A stretch of DNA of 64,000 bases from an uncultured Pseudomonas sp. (GCA_963519325.1 CAUQPA010000001.1:1341-65340), one strand, 5' to 3'; counted from the first letter of the stretch, positions 9,803 through 20,434 are shown. Translations and numbers: made by a program. The notes: generated from the letters alone by a model not told the origin.

Positions 9803-10238
9803 GCTCGGCTCCTTGGATGCTGCGCCACACCAGCCCTATGGACGTGTCTGCCGGAAGAAGCATTGCTTCAAGCCGGGCCCTGACCGAGGCGCCACTCTCC
9901 TTCTCGACTTCAATGAGCAGGCTGTTCTGCATGTCGACCACCGCTGCGGTCGGCGCAGGTTCCCTTTCCAGCATTTCGGCCAGTCCATCGAGGAACGGAT
10001 CCATGAAGGCAACCAGGCGCTCCTGGTCCGGCCGACCTAAAGCAGACTTGTAGGATCGAAGCGCCTCAGTAAGCAGGTCTCGACAGCAAGGCGCGCAGCT
10101 CTCTGATTCGACGACTTTGAACGCAGCCGGCACCACCTGGAGTGCTGTTGGCCAGTCGGCCTCCAAGAGATTGAGCAGGCCTTTGGTTCTGGTGTCGCTA
10201 CCGAGCAGTCGAGATAAGGATTCAAAGCGGGTACGCAT
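9795..10238 (-). CDS. Hypothetical protein in the traD-traJ operon
   Basis: Coupled ORF filling the gap between traD and the DUF4400 gene. Confidence 0.6.
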   Translation of the reverse strand: MRTRFESLSRLLGSDTRTKGLLNLLEADWPTALQVVPAAFKVVESESCAPCCRDLLTEALRSYKSALGRPDQERLVAFMDPFLDGLAEMLEREPAPTAAVVDMQNSLLIEVEKESGASVRARLEAMLLPADTSIGLVWRSIQGAEHG

Positions 10239-10240
10239 GA

Positions 10241-12115
10241 TCAAGCGGCCTCTTTCGTAAGCAGGCGAGCACGCGCCACTGCCTTTTCAAAGTTCTTGGG
10301 TTTGGTGAGCACCGGAATGCGCCCTTTCTGGATCTGGCCGCCGGCGAGGATCGCGAGAAATTCGAGATCTGGCAGCTGGCCGAAGAGTTGCGCTGGAAAC
10401 AGCTCGCCCTCCTCGTCCATCAGGCGCTCTCCGACGTTCAGAGAGTGCATGTGCGGGTCGTCCTTGGTGGAGTTGCCCTGGGTACGCATGACGTACTTGT
10501 AGTAGGTAGGCGGAATTTTCTCGGCGATGTACTTCTGGGTGTCCTGGTCGGTAATTCGCAGCGCGATCACATGGTTGGTATTGCCGAGGACCTGGCGCGC
10601 CTTCGCCGGTGACCCCATTCGCGCTTCGAAGTCAGCGATGGTCTGCGTGGCGACGTAGATACGCATGCCGGCACCGCGGCCCTTGTTCAGCAGCTGTACC
10701 AACTGGTCGTTGACGATCTCCGCCGCCTCGTCGCAGAAGATATTGACCGGAGCGGCCTTGAGCTCTTCGCCGCTTTTGAGGTTGTAGCGCTGTCCGGCGA
10801 CGGCGGCCAAGTCAGCCAGGAAGATCGAACCGAGCGCGGACCCGACCATCGAGTCGGACAGGGAGTCGAGGCCCAGATACAGCACCTGGTTGTTCTCGAT
10901 GATTGTCTTGGAGTCAGTGATCTCGCGGGTATCGCCGCTATCATCCTTCAGCGGCGAAAGGATCGGCCCCATGTGGCCTGCCGTGAGCATGTTGAGCACC
11001 GGCAGCAGCGTCGCGATCATCTTTCCGAAGTGATCCCGGTCATGCTCGAACATGGACAGGATGCCCTCCAGATCGGAATTCGGCTTAAGCGGCACGATTT
11101 CTCTGCGGTAGACCGTGATCAGCGCCTTTGCTTTGGCCTCGTCGGTTTTCGACTGGTTGGCAGCCGCGGCGGCGAACGCGTCGAAAGCCGGATGGACTGA
11201 CTTGCCGTAAGCCGTGACCGCCTGGATGACCAGGGATGCAAGGCCACCCTCGAGCGCCCGGCGAATCTGGACCAGGGTTGGGAAGATGTCGCAGAACAGC
11301 ATCGCCTGGATGACGTTGTTCACGGCCATCTGCGCGAATGCCTGGAACGGACCCTCACCATCAGTCAGCGCAGCGATGCGCGATGCCAGTTCGGTTGCAC
11401 GACCAAAGTTCTGCGTCGGTGAGATACGCACGCAGGTATCTGGGAACGCCGGGTGGAAGTGCTTGTAGCGACTGACATCCCCGGCGAGCTCGCAGGCACG
11501 GCGCGCGTTCTCCGACATCTCCTTGTCGCCCTTCGGATCAAGGATGATCACCGACTCGCCACGCAAAATGGCCTGGCTGATCAGCAGGTCGAAGAGGCGG
11601 GTCTTTCCGCTACCGGTAGTGCCGACGATCAGCGTATGCAGGGAGGCAAGGGAATCCTTGTAGCCAATCGGCACATCGCGCTGAAGGGAGATGCCATGGA
11701 TCCACGGCGAGCCCATAAATCCTTCCGGTACAGGCGGCATGAGCTTCGTGATGTCTCGCTTGAGCAGCTCGAATACCTGCTGACCTTCGCGTTGAGTCCA
11801 TTTGAAGCCGACACCGATGTACATCTTGTCGCGATGCTTGAGCATCTGCTCGATGAGCTCGTCCTGCCCCATCAGCGTCGCCTGCTGCGCTCGCAACCCC
11901 TGGCGAATCCGGTGGAGGTGCAGGGCAGCAGGGACACGCCGAAGCGCAAAGCCGCCCATGATGCCGAGGGACAGGTAGAAGGGTTGAGCAGGCAGATTGG
12001 TGGTGAGGTGCACGGCACAGGTGCCCGCCATCCCCAACACCCAGCCGGCAATTTCGATGGCCTCGAAATTCGGCCGCCAGGGCATTTCGTACGTCCACTC
12101 ACTCATCGGAATCAC
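10241..12115 (-). CDS. traD: Type IV coupling protein
   Basis: YEMPWRP N-terminus, Walker A GTTGSGKT, DPKGD, DEAAE, LNKGRGAG, ATQT. Confidence 0.93.
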   Translation of the reverse strand: MIPMSEWTYEMPWRPNFEAIEIAGWVLGMAGTCAVHLTTNLPAQPFYLSLGIMGGFALRRVPAALHLHRIRQGLRAQQATLMGQDELIEQMLKHRDKMYIGVGFKWTQREGQQVFELLKRDITKLMPPVPEGFMGSPWIHGISLQRDVPIGYKDSLASLHTLIVGTTGSGKTRLFDLLISQAILRGESVIILDPKGDKEMSENARRACELAGDVSRYKHFHPAFPDTCVRISPTQNFGRATELASRIAALTDGEGPFQAFAQMAVNNVIQAMLFCDIFPTLVQIRRALEGGLASLVIQAVTAYGKSVHPAFDAFAAAAANQSKTDEAKAKALITVYRREIVPLKPNSDLEGILSMFEHDRDHFGKMIATLLPVLNMLTAGHMGPILSPLKDDSGDTREITDSKTIIENNQVLYLGLDSLSDSMVGSALGSIFLADLAAVAGQRYNLKSGEELKAAPVNIFCDEAAEIVNDQLVQLLNKGRGAGMRIYVATQTIADFEARMGSPAKARQVLGNTNHVIALRITDQDTQKYIAEKIPPTYYKYVMRTQGNSTKDDPHMHSLNVGERLMDEEGELFPAQLFGQLPDLEFLAILAGGQIQKGRIPVLTKPKNFEKAVARARLLTKEAA

Positions 12116-15100
12116 TCGGTCAGGTCAATGACGTGATTGTTTCCGATGAGCAAGTAGGGATAGTGCGCAATTAGCGCCCTTTTGAGGGTTGGTTCGTCGA
12201 CCTGGAACGCCGTGCTCAGCTGAGTCAGGCGCCGCATCGATATCTGCACCAGGCGTTTACCCTCCTGTAGCTTGGACGGGCACCTGCGGATGACTTCCTC
12301 AGCCAGCGACCGGAGCATTGCCGATTCCCCCTCATCACGCGCCTGGAAGGCTGACTGCCGATACCGACCTAGAGTCAGCAGTTCCAAGATGGAACCGAGA
12401 TAGGGTGAGAGGAGAAAGCCTTTACGGTGCAGACCGGTGAAAGTGCCGGTGAAGTCGTCGAACAGCCAGTTCGCGTCGAGCAAGGCGGACCGGTCCTCAG
12501 GGGTAAACGCCTCGGGACTATGCACACAGAACGGTTTGCCGTGCTGCTGCGCAAGAGATGCGTGGTTTTCGGGTATCGCATACCACCGTAGCTTTTGCGC
12601 AAGTGTCGGCCACAGGGCCAGATAGGCCTCGCTCTCAGCGGCGGATACCCGGCCCCCCAGAGTGGCAGCGTCATTGGCGACCACCGGTGAGTCCTTAACG
12701 CGCTTCGGCGGCTCTGCCGGCTCTTGCCGTCGGCGTGGCTGGCCAATAGTGATGGATCCTTGCTCTTGAGCACCGCTGCTGATCCGGATCGTATTGTTGG
12801 GCGCGACGGAGGTGGTAGGGACAGGCGCGGCGCGATCGGTCGATCCGCGCGAACCCGCCGGCTGATCCGTGGTTTTGCGTGTTGAGGCAGCCGGGGTTGA
12901 TGACGTTACCTCAGCCCGCTCCTTGCCTCCTCGATGACGTGACTCCGGCTGTGCGTCTGCAGCCATGATCGTCGTAGAAGGCTCTCGCGCGGCCGATCGG
13001 CTCAGGCCAGGGCGGCCATTAGCTTGATGACGTGATGGTGCGTTCTGCTCCTTTGCTGCGCTCGCTCCGTAGTCGGTGGCCCTCTCGCGGGCCGCAGGCG
13101 CGTCCTCGCTCCTGAAGTCCTGTTCCACTAAGGCAATGCCGTTGTCGTTGGTAGCGAAAGAATCTTTCGTCACCGCAGCGCTGGGTGCCCGCAAGGCCCC
13201 TTGCAGGGGTGCGGCAAGGTGATCCGGATCCGGCTCCTCTTCTCCGCCCGGGGTTTCAGCTGGCGACACGAAAGATTCTTTCGCCGATGCATTCGCCTCT
13301 GGCGATTGCACCTTTCGAGGGGTGGTTTTGTGCGCGAAAGCATCGGCCACGACCCGCTCAGATTGGTTTCCGAAAGTCTCCCTAGCGATCTCCTTAGGTA
13401 GCTGCACCGCTAGCGGTGAGCCAGCTGGTACATCGCTCAGACCCGCGGCGGCGGCATTCTTGAGCAGGCGATCGAAGGAAAACTCATCGGCCGCGATAAG
13501 CTCATTGGGTATCGTCAAACCGGCCACCGCCGGCGAGGCAGCCTGGCGATCAGCGATTCGATCCTTGAAACGCACCAGGTCGAGCGGTGATACCTCTTCG
13601 ACTGCTTGGCTCGTCTGCACTGGAGCGCCGGAACCTTGCAGCTGGCGGTCAGGAATGTCCATTCCGACCAACTGAAGGACTTCGTCATCGATGTCTCCAT
13701 AGTCCGCCGCATAGACGCCGTCTCCGTAGCGGACGGCCGGCGCCTCATCCTGTGCAGGCCCAATCTTAGCGGGAGTGGCCTCTACCACCGCCCTGGCGGC
13801 CGAAGCGGTAGCCTGCAGGTCCGCTTGCGTTCCAGCTCGATCTGGGGAGCCGGCCATTTCGCGTTTTGCGTCCGTAGTCGAACTCGACGCGGATCGAGCT
13901 TGCTCAGCTGCCTCTTTTCCTTTCAGCTTCTTCCCCGTTGCGCTCACCTTTCCGCCTGGAGACTCGATACGCACGCCTGCAATTTGCAGATGCGGCTGTC
14001 CAGTGGAGTGACCGACATTGATCTTCAGGCCGCCTGAGGCAGCGGGCTCGAGGACAACCGCTGCCTTCGGCGCTACCTGGTTTTTCTGCGCAACGTCCGC
14101 CTTCTTGGCCGGCACAATCTCCGGCGTTTTAGCGGGACTGACATTTGCCTTGGGAGCAGCGGCAGGAGCTGCAGCGCTTCCTTGCATCGGTGAGTCGGCG
14201 CCGACCTGATGGGAATCATCCTCCTGCACCGGACCCAGAACTGCACCAGCACCGGTCTGTCCCGGGAACTCATACCTGATCTCACTGGGCGCCGCTCCCA
14301 CGGTGCCGGCGGTCGATGCGGGAATGCCATCGAAGCGGAACAGCGCTTCAGGATTCGTGAGCTTGATGCACTTCAAGACGATGGGCTTGTCGCGGCCGAC
14401 GTTGATCTTGTCGACTTTGACGGGCCAGTAAATCGAGCCGTCTGCCGCCGCCTCGACGACCTTGTGATCAAGCAGAATGCCACCTAGAACGTCGGCACTG
14501 CGAGGGATGGCCTTTACGCCCTGCGTCTGCAGATACTCAGCGATCTCAGTGGACGCCTGAGGCCAAACGACGAAGACGTGGCCGCCCAACACCCATACCC
14601 GGTGACCAGGTTCGTTCACGAGCCAATCCTTCTGGCCCAGGAAGTGAATCATGGTGTCCAGGACGAAGGCGGGAATGGGTACGCCGGTGCCCATGCCGAA
14701 CTGACGTGATGCGTCGCCGCCGTGCTTCTGCATATCCAACTCGACGGATTTCGAGTCTGCGCCAGCGACGATGGTAGCGAGCCGTTTGCTATCGTCGCGG
14801 CCGGACATGGCATTGACCATTTCGCTGTAGATGTCCGGCCCGCTCTCGCGCAACCAAACGAGCAGCTCCTGGGGAAGGAACCGTGCGATTAGGGTGGCCG
14901 ATAGGTCCCGGTGGACGTCATGCCTATCCGGGTTCCAGGTCAGGTAGTAGCGATCAATTCCGTTCGCCTGTGCCCAGGCGGGTATAGGTGGGCCCATCGG
15001 ATCCCAGCGGCGATCGCCACGTTCGTCAGCGACGACGACGTCACTGAGCACTTTCCCAAGATCGTGCATCAGCGCCGCGATGACCGCCGCCACGTACCAG

Positions 15101-15558
15101 CGGTTCTCCCGCACGAGGCGCTGAGCGGGAAAAAGCGAGTAATCGAAAGCAGTGCACTTGCAGCTGTTGAAGGCGAACATCGCCACCTCAAGCGAATGGG
15201 CAAGCAAGCCGCCCGGGCCTCGGTGGTGATGAGATTGCGAAGCCGGCAGCAGGTGGACGAAGTCCGCGAACGATTCAAATACGGGAAGAAGCATCCGATC
15301 GAAGCTACCGGCGGGCATGCGAACGCCGCTGGCGAGTTTCTGCATTGTCGCCCTGTGGGGCTTGAGGAGCTGGGCGCCCGGTATTCTGGCTGGCCATCCT
15401 CGTTGGAACGGCGGGTACCGTAGCAGCGCCTCATCGCCGGCCTGGATGAACTGCTGGATCTCCGGAGCGCTGACATCCAGCTCCTGGATGTCGCGGATGC
15501 TAAGCAGCGGCTGAGCGGCAATCGCCTTAGGCGCGAAAAGTCTTTTCCAAAAACGCAT
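12112..15558 (-). CDS. traI: MOBH-family HD-domain relaxase with long low-complexity linker
   Basis: LPASQSHHH..GGLLAHSLEV and LMHDLGKV. Start placed at ATG 15558 because of a GGAG RBS and a putative -10 at 15580-15585. Confidence 0.92.
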   Translation of the reverse strand: MRFWKRLFAPKAIAAQPLLSIRDIQELDVSAPEIQQFIQAGDEALLRYPPFQRGWPARIPGAQLLKPHRATMQKLASGVRMPAGSFDRMLLPVFESFADFVHLLPASQSHHHRGPGGLLAHSLEVAMFAFNSCKCTAFDYSLFPAQRLVRENRWYVAAVIAALMHDLGKVLSDVVVADERGDRRWDPMGPPIPAWAQANGIDRYYLTWNPDRHDVHRDLSATLIARFLPQELLVWLRESGPDIYSEMVNAMSGRDDSKRLATIVAGADSKSVELDMQKHGGDASRQFGMGTGVPIPAFVLDTMIHFLGQKDWLVNEPGHRVWVLGGHVFVVWPQASTEIAEYLQTQGVKAIPRSADVLGGILLDHKVVEAAADGSIYWPVKVDKINVGRDKPIVLKCIKLTNPEALFRFDGIPASTAGTVGAAPSEIRYEFPGQTGAGAVLGPVQEDDSHQVGADSPMQGSAAAPAAAPKANVSPAKTPEIVPAKKADVAQKNQVAPKAAVVLEPAASGGLKINVGHSTGQPHLQIAGVRIESPGGKVSATGKKLKGKEAAEQARSASSSTTDAKREMAGSPDRAGTQADLQATASAARAVVEATPAKIGPAQDEAPAVRYGDGVYAADYGDIDDEVLQLVGMDIPDRQLQGSGAPVQTSQAVEEVSPLDLVRFKDRIADRQAASPAVAGLTIPNELIAADEFSFDRLLKNAAAAGLSDVPAGSPLAVQLPKEIARETFGNQSERVVADAFAHKTTPRKVQSPEANASAKESFVSPAETPGGEEEPDPDHLAAPLQGALRAPSAAVTKDSFATNDNGIALVEQDFRSEDAPAARERATDYGASAAKEQNAPSRHQANGRPGLSRSAAREPSTTIMAADAQPESRHRGGKERAEVTSSTPAASTRKTTDQPAGSRGSTDRAAPVPTTSVAPNNTIRISSGAQEQGSITIGQPRRRQEPAEPPKRVKDSPVVANDAATLGGRVSAAESEAYLALWPTLAQKLRWYAIPENHASLAQQHGKPFCVHSPEAFTPEDRSALLDANWLFDDFTGTFTGLHRKGFLLSPYLGSILELLTLGRYRQSAFQARDEGESAMLRSLAEEVIRRCPSKLQEGKRLVQISMRRLTQLSTAFQVDEPTLKRALIAHYPYLLIGNNHVIDLTE

Positions 15559-15686
15559 GATGATCTCCGGTCTGAAGGCATCATGCGGCCGAGCTTCGCT
15601 GTCGAGTTGCCAATTGCAGCCCATTGACGGCGCGGATAGCAGGCCAAGGCCAGTCAGCGTTCCAATAGGCTCAAGGCTCAGTCAGC

Positions 15687-16058
15687 ATGAGTCTTGCCAT
15701 GAACGATCGCACCAGAGCTTCCGCCCGACGTCGCCGCGCCTCAACCCTCGACGACGACTCACTCCGCGCGGCCCATCAGAGCATTGCCGCCGGCACCCAA
15801 ACCCTTGGGGACATCGCTGATTTGGTCAAGGTAACCCATAGCAGGTCGCCTTCGCGCACCACGGATCGACCCGGCGAAGCGCCAGTAGCTGCACTTGGTA
15901 CCAAAGGCCTTAATTCGGTGCTATCGAACCTCCAGCAGGTGCTTGGAATCTCGCCAACGCTGCTGACAATCGCTGCCGCCGGGAGCATAGCGCTTGGGGT
16001 GATGATCGGGGTGTGGAGCTACGGCACCCCTCTCTATACGTTCTTCTTCAGCCGATAG
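15687..16058 (+). CDS. Hypothetical protein with C-terminal TM
   Basis: ORF divergent from traI, followed by a hairpin at about 16058-16074. Confidence 0.5.
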   Translation: MSLAMNDRTRASARRRRASTLDDDSLRAAHQSIAAGTQTLGDIADLVKVTHSRSPSRTTDRPGEAPVAALGTKGLNSVLSNLQQVLGISPTLLTIAAAGSIALGVMIGVWSYGTPLYTFFFSR

Positions 16059-16093
16059 CCGGGAATCTCCCGGCCAGACGCAGTACCTAGGCG

Positions 16094-16627
16094 CTATTTG
16101 CCGCGCATGCATTTTCCACGCAATGACGGCGGCACTCCGTGGGGCCCACCCTTAGCTACCAGCTCCCACTCTCGCTCGGTAAGCGCCATACCGGCGCCGG
16201 CGCAGAATTTCCGGTAGGCAACCAGATATTCTGCCTCGGTCGCCGGGGAGACAGGCTTAGAGATGGGCGTAGAGGGTGGCGGCACGACGGTAAGCGCCTG
16301 GTCGATCGCCCGGTTCACACCGCTGTTGACGGCAGTGACCAGCACGCTGCTGCCCGTACCAGTCGCCTGGTTGGGGTTCTGCAGCGCGAGATAATTGCCA
16401 TGGGTGGTCATGACCATCTCTTCGCTGCCCATCACATGCTGATAGGCCGGCTTACGCAGCGCCGCGCCACCGCGCCCGTCGTGCCCCCAGCTGCTATAGA
16501 ACTCGTGGGCGAGACGGACCGGAACGTAGGTGGTCGGCAGCGGCTGTACACCTTCAGTCTTCGACTGGCTCGTGCAGGAAGCCGCGAGGGCGGCGAACGC
16601 TGCGAAGACGATTTTCGAGAAACGCAT
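16094..16627 (-). CDS. Putative lipoprotein
   Basis: Lipobox LAASC, GGAG RBS, preceded by the dyad box and a -10. Confidence 0.7.
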   Translation of the reverse strand: MRFSKIVFAAFAALAASCTSQSKTEGVQPLPTTYVPVRLAHEFYSSWGHDGRGGAALRKPAYQHVMGSEEMVMTTHGNYLALQNPNQATGTGSSVLVTAVNSGVNRAIDQALTVVPPPSTPISKPVSPATEAEYLVAYRKFCAGAGMALTEREWELVAKGGPHGVPPSLRGKCMRGK

Positions 16628-16985
16628 CGGGACTCTCCCTGAACAGTTCAGGAGAGCCTAAATACCCAGGTGCCTGGGTAGGCTCGAGTTCACGCCCAAA
16701 AAGGGCGGGATTGGCAGCTTGCATTCCAACAATGCGGGATAGGGTATGCGGGTAGATACAGAGTGAGATCGGAAAATTGAAGAGTACGCGCGCGGACGCT
16801 GGGATGTTCCTGTTGGGCTTTGCGGCGGTGGCCATACCAGGCACCTGTTACCTGCTCAGCCTGCCCTATGGCGACAATGATTCCACCGTCGCGACAGTGA
16901 TCGTCGCTCAATTTATCTCCGGTTTCGTTTTCCAATATGCCTATCGCCAGATCAAAGCACGGCGCGCTGCACGCACGGGGAGCAA

Positions 16986-18035
16986 GTGATGACCTATCTC
17001 GAGGAAGAGTTTGAACCGGCGGATCCGGGTATCGAAAACTTGGAAAGTTTCTGCGAAAAAATCGAAGCAGAGACGCCCAACGCGGTGGGATCGACCCAGC
17101 TGAAATGGCTGGATCCGGCCCTGATCGAGGAGGAGCCAGGCTTTGCTCTCCGGAATTACGAGGAGCCGCGGGTTCAGGCGCACATCGCCAAGCTGGTCAA
17201 GGCGTGGCACGCGTGCAAGCAGATGGAGCCGATCAGGGTAGAGGTAAAAGGGGGCCGCTGCTTCCTGCGAAAAGGCGGCTGCCGACTGCGCGCTGCGCTT
17301 ATCGCAAGAGAACAGGGCGCGATGATCAGGCGTGTCGCGGTGATCGAAGTTCGCGAACGCGGAGCCCGATCGACGGTGCACCTGCTCAACTCCGATGACC
17401 ATCTCAGCCTGACACCCATCGAGCGTGCGCAAGGCTATCAACGGCTGCTGGACGAACGCTGGTCCACCGCGGAGGTAGCCACCGAAATCGGCAAGACCGC
17501 GGTTCATGTGCGAGACGCCGTCGCCCTGCTTCGTATGCCTAGCGCGGTGCAGCGAATGATTGCGGATCGGGTAGTGAAGCCTCACCTCGCCCTCGACGTC
17601 TGGCGCCGGTACGGTGAGCAAACCGAAGAAGTACTGCTGCAGGCGCAGGAGCGCGCGCGCCTCGAATGGCAGGCGTTAATCGAGGCCGATAGTGCGACAA
17701 AGCCAGCAGCCAAGACCGTGCAAACACCTGCCGCTGCGCCCGAAATCCCTATCACCAGTCGCCACCTGCAGGTGCCAACCCGTCGGTTTGGTAAGAAGTT
17801 CGTCACTGAACTCACGCATCACATCGCGGGGCTGGCCCAGCAGTTTCGCGCGAATGCCGTGCCAGACCCGCAGAATGACCGCGTTGCCCTTCATCTATCC
17901 ACGGCCGAGTACCAGGCGTTCCTGGAGTTGTCTGCCCAGGCTGCGGCCCATCTGTCCCAGCCAGGTACGGAAAGTGGCAATGAGCTGATAGCAGTGGCCG
18001 GCGGCAAGCCTGCAGCTCAAGCCGCCGCCCACTGA
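16986..18035 (+). CDS. ParB/RepB/Spo0J-like DNA-binding protein
   Basis: GFALR, GxxRxxA box (GGCRLRA), LTPIERA, HTH (WSTAEVATEIGKT); no parA nearby. Confidence 0.75.
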   Translation: MMTYLEEEFEPADPGIENLESFCEKIEAETPNAVGSTQLKWLDPALIEEEPGFALRNYEEPRVQAHIAKLVKAWHACKQMEPIRVEVKGGRCFLRKGGCRLRAALIAREQGAMIRRVAVIEVRERGARSTVHLLNSDDHLSLTPIERAQGYQRLLDERWSTAEVATEIGKTAVHVRDAVALLRMPSAVQRMIADRVVKPHLALDVWRRYGEQTEEVLLQAQERARLEWQALIEADSATKPAAKTVQTPAAAPEIPITSRHLQVPTRRFGKKFVTELTHHIAGLAQQFRANAVPDPQNDRVALHLSTAEYQAFLELSAQAAAHLSQPGTESGNELIAVAGGKPAAQAAAH

Positions 18036-18066
18036 GCATCCGCGATACGAACGAGCTGCACAGCGG

Positions 18067-18564
18067 TTAGGCTGAGCTACCTAGCCCCTTTCCCCTCGGA
18101 CACTGGGTTTTCTTGCTGCACCCCGCGCATACCGGAGGCTGAGGGCAAGTAGGCCTGGCTGCTAGACCTTCGCGACGCAGCATCCAATACCGATTCCACA
18201 GCGCGATGACCTCCCGCGTCGAAAGCAGGCTGACCTCAATGTAGGTTGTGCCGTGAGGCGTGACGCACCGGATAAAGGCGGTACTGGCGACAGGATAGTT
18301 CTGCCCTGCGAATACGCTCGCTTGCCGCGCAAGGATCGTGGCGTAGACGCTCAGCTGAACCACGTCTTTGGCGAAAACGCGAGCCTGCTTGCGCCGCTTC
18401 GTGTCTACCAGGATCAACCAGCCGCGGGCGAGGAATACCTGGTCGACCTGCCCGTGGAGCGGTACGGGTACATCGGTGGCGATTTTGCGCTCCGACAGTA
18501 ATAGCTGCGCACCCTGCAAGAGGGGCGGAAGAGGCTCTCGCCAGCCTCCCTGAATAGCTGCCAT
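18067..18564 (-). CDS. Cas4-like PD-(D/E)XK nuclease lacking the usual N-terminal segment
   Basis: GQVD, VDTK, QLSVY motifs; C-terminal CAGC-x5-C. Confidence 0.7.
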   Translation of the reverse strand: MAAIQGGWREPLPPLLQGAQLLLSERKIATDVPVPLHGQVDQVFLARGWLILVDTKRRKQARVFAKDVVQLSVYATILARQASVFAGQNYPVASTAFIRCVTPHGTTYIEVSLLSTREVIALWNRYWMLRREGLAARPTCPQPPVCAGCSKKTQCPRGKGLGSSA

Positions 18565-18892
18565 TTTTCAACCCTCATAGCGTTCATTTCCAGGGTATAG
18601 GCATATTTGAAAATGCAACTACCTCCGATAACGCCAGGTGTCGGTTGCCGAAATAAATGCGACACAGCACTCGCGAAGTTCTAAATCTGCGGCACTCGGT
18701 TTTCGAAATAGCTGCGACTGTCCGCGACAATTAATGCGGCCGGACTAGGTTTTACTGGCAATAGCTGCGACTGCCTACGACATTTTCCGTGAACACTGCG
18801 AAATCGGTAGTGATAGGCTTCCTAGGAGGCCTATTGCCGACTCTCTAAGGATCGATCCCGATCCGCGTTCAATCCCAACAGAGAGTCCTGCC

Positions 18893-19564
18893 ATGAATCC
18901 CCGTCGTGCTGCATCCCTTCGCCCTGGACAGTTCAAACATTTGGTACGAGTAGCGTCCGTATCTGGCCGTATGCCAGAGCGTGACGTGTTGCTGGTCTGG
19001 ATCACCCACACCACAGGCGTGAGGGTCACCGAGCTGGCCCAGCTGGAGGTCGCCGACGTGCTCTTTCCAAGCGGGGCTGTCCGGCCCGAACTGTACTTGC
19101 GACCCTCGATCACGAAGGGCTGCCGTGCGCGCAAAGTGTACCTGACGCATCCCCGGTGCCTGGTCGCTCTGGAGCAATGGCTTGCGCTGCGCCAAAGGCG
19201 CCGCTGGGGACTTTCGGGTGCCGCCGAATATCGAGGGTTACGCCCTGATTCGAAACTGATTCTTACCCACAAGGGTCAGGCATTTGAACTGGCGTTCAAG
19301 CATCGGATCTTGGAAGGCGGGGCGGAGGTGTACCGGGCCTGTGACGCGCTGCAACAGACGTTCAGCCGCATCTACCGGCAAGCGGGTATCAAGCATGATT
19401 CATCGCACAGCGTTCGGCGCACGCTGGCCGCCACGGTGCTGGCTGCGACTGGCGATGTGGACATTGTTCAAACGATTCTCGGGCATGCCCAGCTCGACCA
19501 CAGCAAGCCTTACCTGGCGATAAATGCGGACACTATACGGCGAGCCTTTGAAGTAGCTTTGTAG
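18893..19564 (+). CDS. Small tyrosine recombinase (catalytic domain only)
   Basis: TGVRVTEL, TKG, HSVRR, LGH and PY catalytic residues. Confidence 0.88.
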   Translation: MNPRRAASLRPGQFKHLVRVASVSGRMPERDVLLVWITHTTGVRVTELAQLEVADVLFPSGAVRPELYLRPSITKGCRARKVYLTHPRCLVALEQWLALRQRRRWGLSGAAEYRGLRPDSKLILTHKGQAFELAFKHRILEGGAEVYRACDALQQTFSRIYRQAGIKHDSSHSVRRTLAATVLAATGDVDIVQTILGHAQLDHSKPYLAINADTIRRAFEVAL

Positions 19565-19616
19565 AAACTATGTTTCTACATTGGTGCTTGCGCATAGAGT
19601 GGCAAGTATCTACAAT
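19560..19616 (+). promoter_or_regulatory. Sigma70 promoter and operator-like palindrome of the TA operon
   Basis: TTGCGC (19588)-17 nt-TACAAT (19611); inverted repeat TGTAGAAAC-TAT-GTTTCTACA at 19560-19580. Confidence 0.65.
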
Positions 19617-19639
19617 GGCTATACATTACGGAGGTGCTT

Positions 19640-19894
19640 ATGGAAGTCAAAGTTCAGCAGTGGGGCAACAGTGCGGCGATTCGTCTGCCGGCTACCGTGC
19701 TCAAGCTCATGAAGTTGGTCAGCGGCGACGTTCTGAAATTGGACGTGTCTGCCGAGGTTATGACGCTCAAGCCGGCGAAAGCCAAGCCGCGTTATCAGTT
19801 GGCGGACCTGATGCAGCAGTGCGACTTGTCCGCGCCGGAGCCGGCAGAGCTTGCGGGTTGGAATGCCATGAAGCCGGTAGGTCGTGAAGCGTGA
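19640..19894 (+). CDS. AbrB/MazE/PemI-type antitoxin
   Basis: WGNSAAIRLP motif, ends PVGREA; GGAGG RBS. Confidence 0.9.
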   Translation: MEVKVQQWGNSAAIRLPATVLKLMKLVSGDVLKLDVSAEVMTLKPAKAKPRYQLADLMQQCDLSAPEPAELAGWNAMKPVGREA

Positions 19895-20238
19895 AGCGAG
19901 CCAAATTCAACCGTGGCGACATTGTGCGGGTGAACCTGAACCCCACCGAGGGGCGAGAGCAGCAGGGCGATTTTCGCCCAGCGTTGGTACTGACTCCAGC
20001 GGCCTACAACGCCACCGGGCTGGCAGTGATCGCACCGATCACCCAAGGGGGCGACTTCGCCCGGTACGCCGGTTTCGCCGTGACCTTGAGCGGAAGCGGC
20101 ACCGAAACTCAAGGTGTGGTGCTGTGCAACCAGATTCGCACGGTTGACCTTGAGGCTCGCGGCGCCAAGCGCGTGGAGGCGGTGCCCGAGGTCGTAATGG
20201 ACGAAGTGCTGGCCCGTGTGCAGGCACTCTTTGAGTAA
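19891..20238 (+). CDS. PemK/MazF (ChpB-like) endoribonuclease toxin
   Basis: RGDIV.V.LNP..G.EQ...RPALVL, PITQG, QIRTVD; GTGA overlap with the antitoxin. Confidence 0.92.
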   Translation: MKRAKFNRGDIVRVNLNPTEGREQQGDFRPALVLTPAAYNATGLAVIAPITQGGDFARYAGFAVTLSGSGTETQGVVLCNQIRTVDLEARGAKRVEAVPEVVMDEVLARVQALFE

Positions 20239-20248
20239 GGAAAACGAA

Positions 20249-20413
20249 ATGAACGCAGAGATGCTCAGCGCTTGGGATCGTTTGAACAATGCGATCAAGG
20301 CGCTTCTGGTAGCGCAGCCGGCTGGGATGAGTTCCGCAGCCGCGGAGCTAGCCAGCGCCCGCCTCGCATACGAAGCGCTAGTTCAAGCCGCCGCTCTGTC
20401 TCAGATCAAGTAG
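20249..20413 (+). CDS. Small hypothetical protein
   Basis: AAGGA RBS; first of a run of small co-oriented ORFs. Confidence 0.45.
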   Translation: MNAEMLSAWDRLNNAIKALLVAQPAGMSSAAAELASARLAYEALVQAAALSQIK

Positions 20414-20434
20414 GAAAATGGATAGGAAATCTGG

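Noticed and set aside
15559..15624. Longer TraI N-terminus given in the ORF track
   Set aside because: It overlaps the predicted box and -10, and the RBS supports ATG 15558.
16633..16680. Twin hairpins as oriT
   Set aside because: They overlap a predicted -10 and RBS, and I cannot recognise a MOBH nic site. The oriT position is undetermined.
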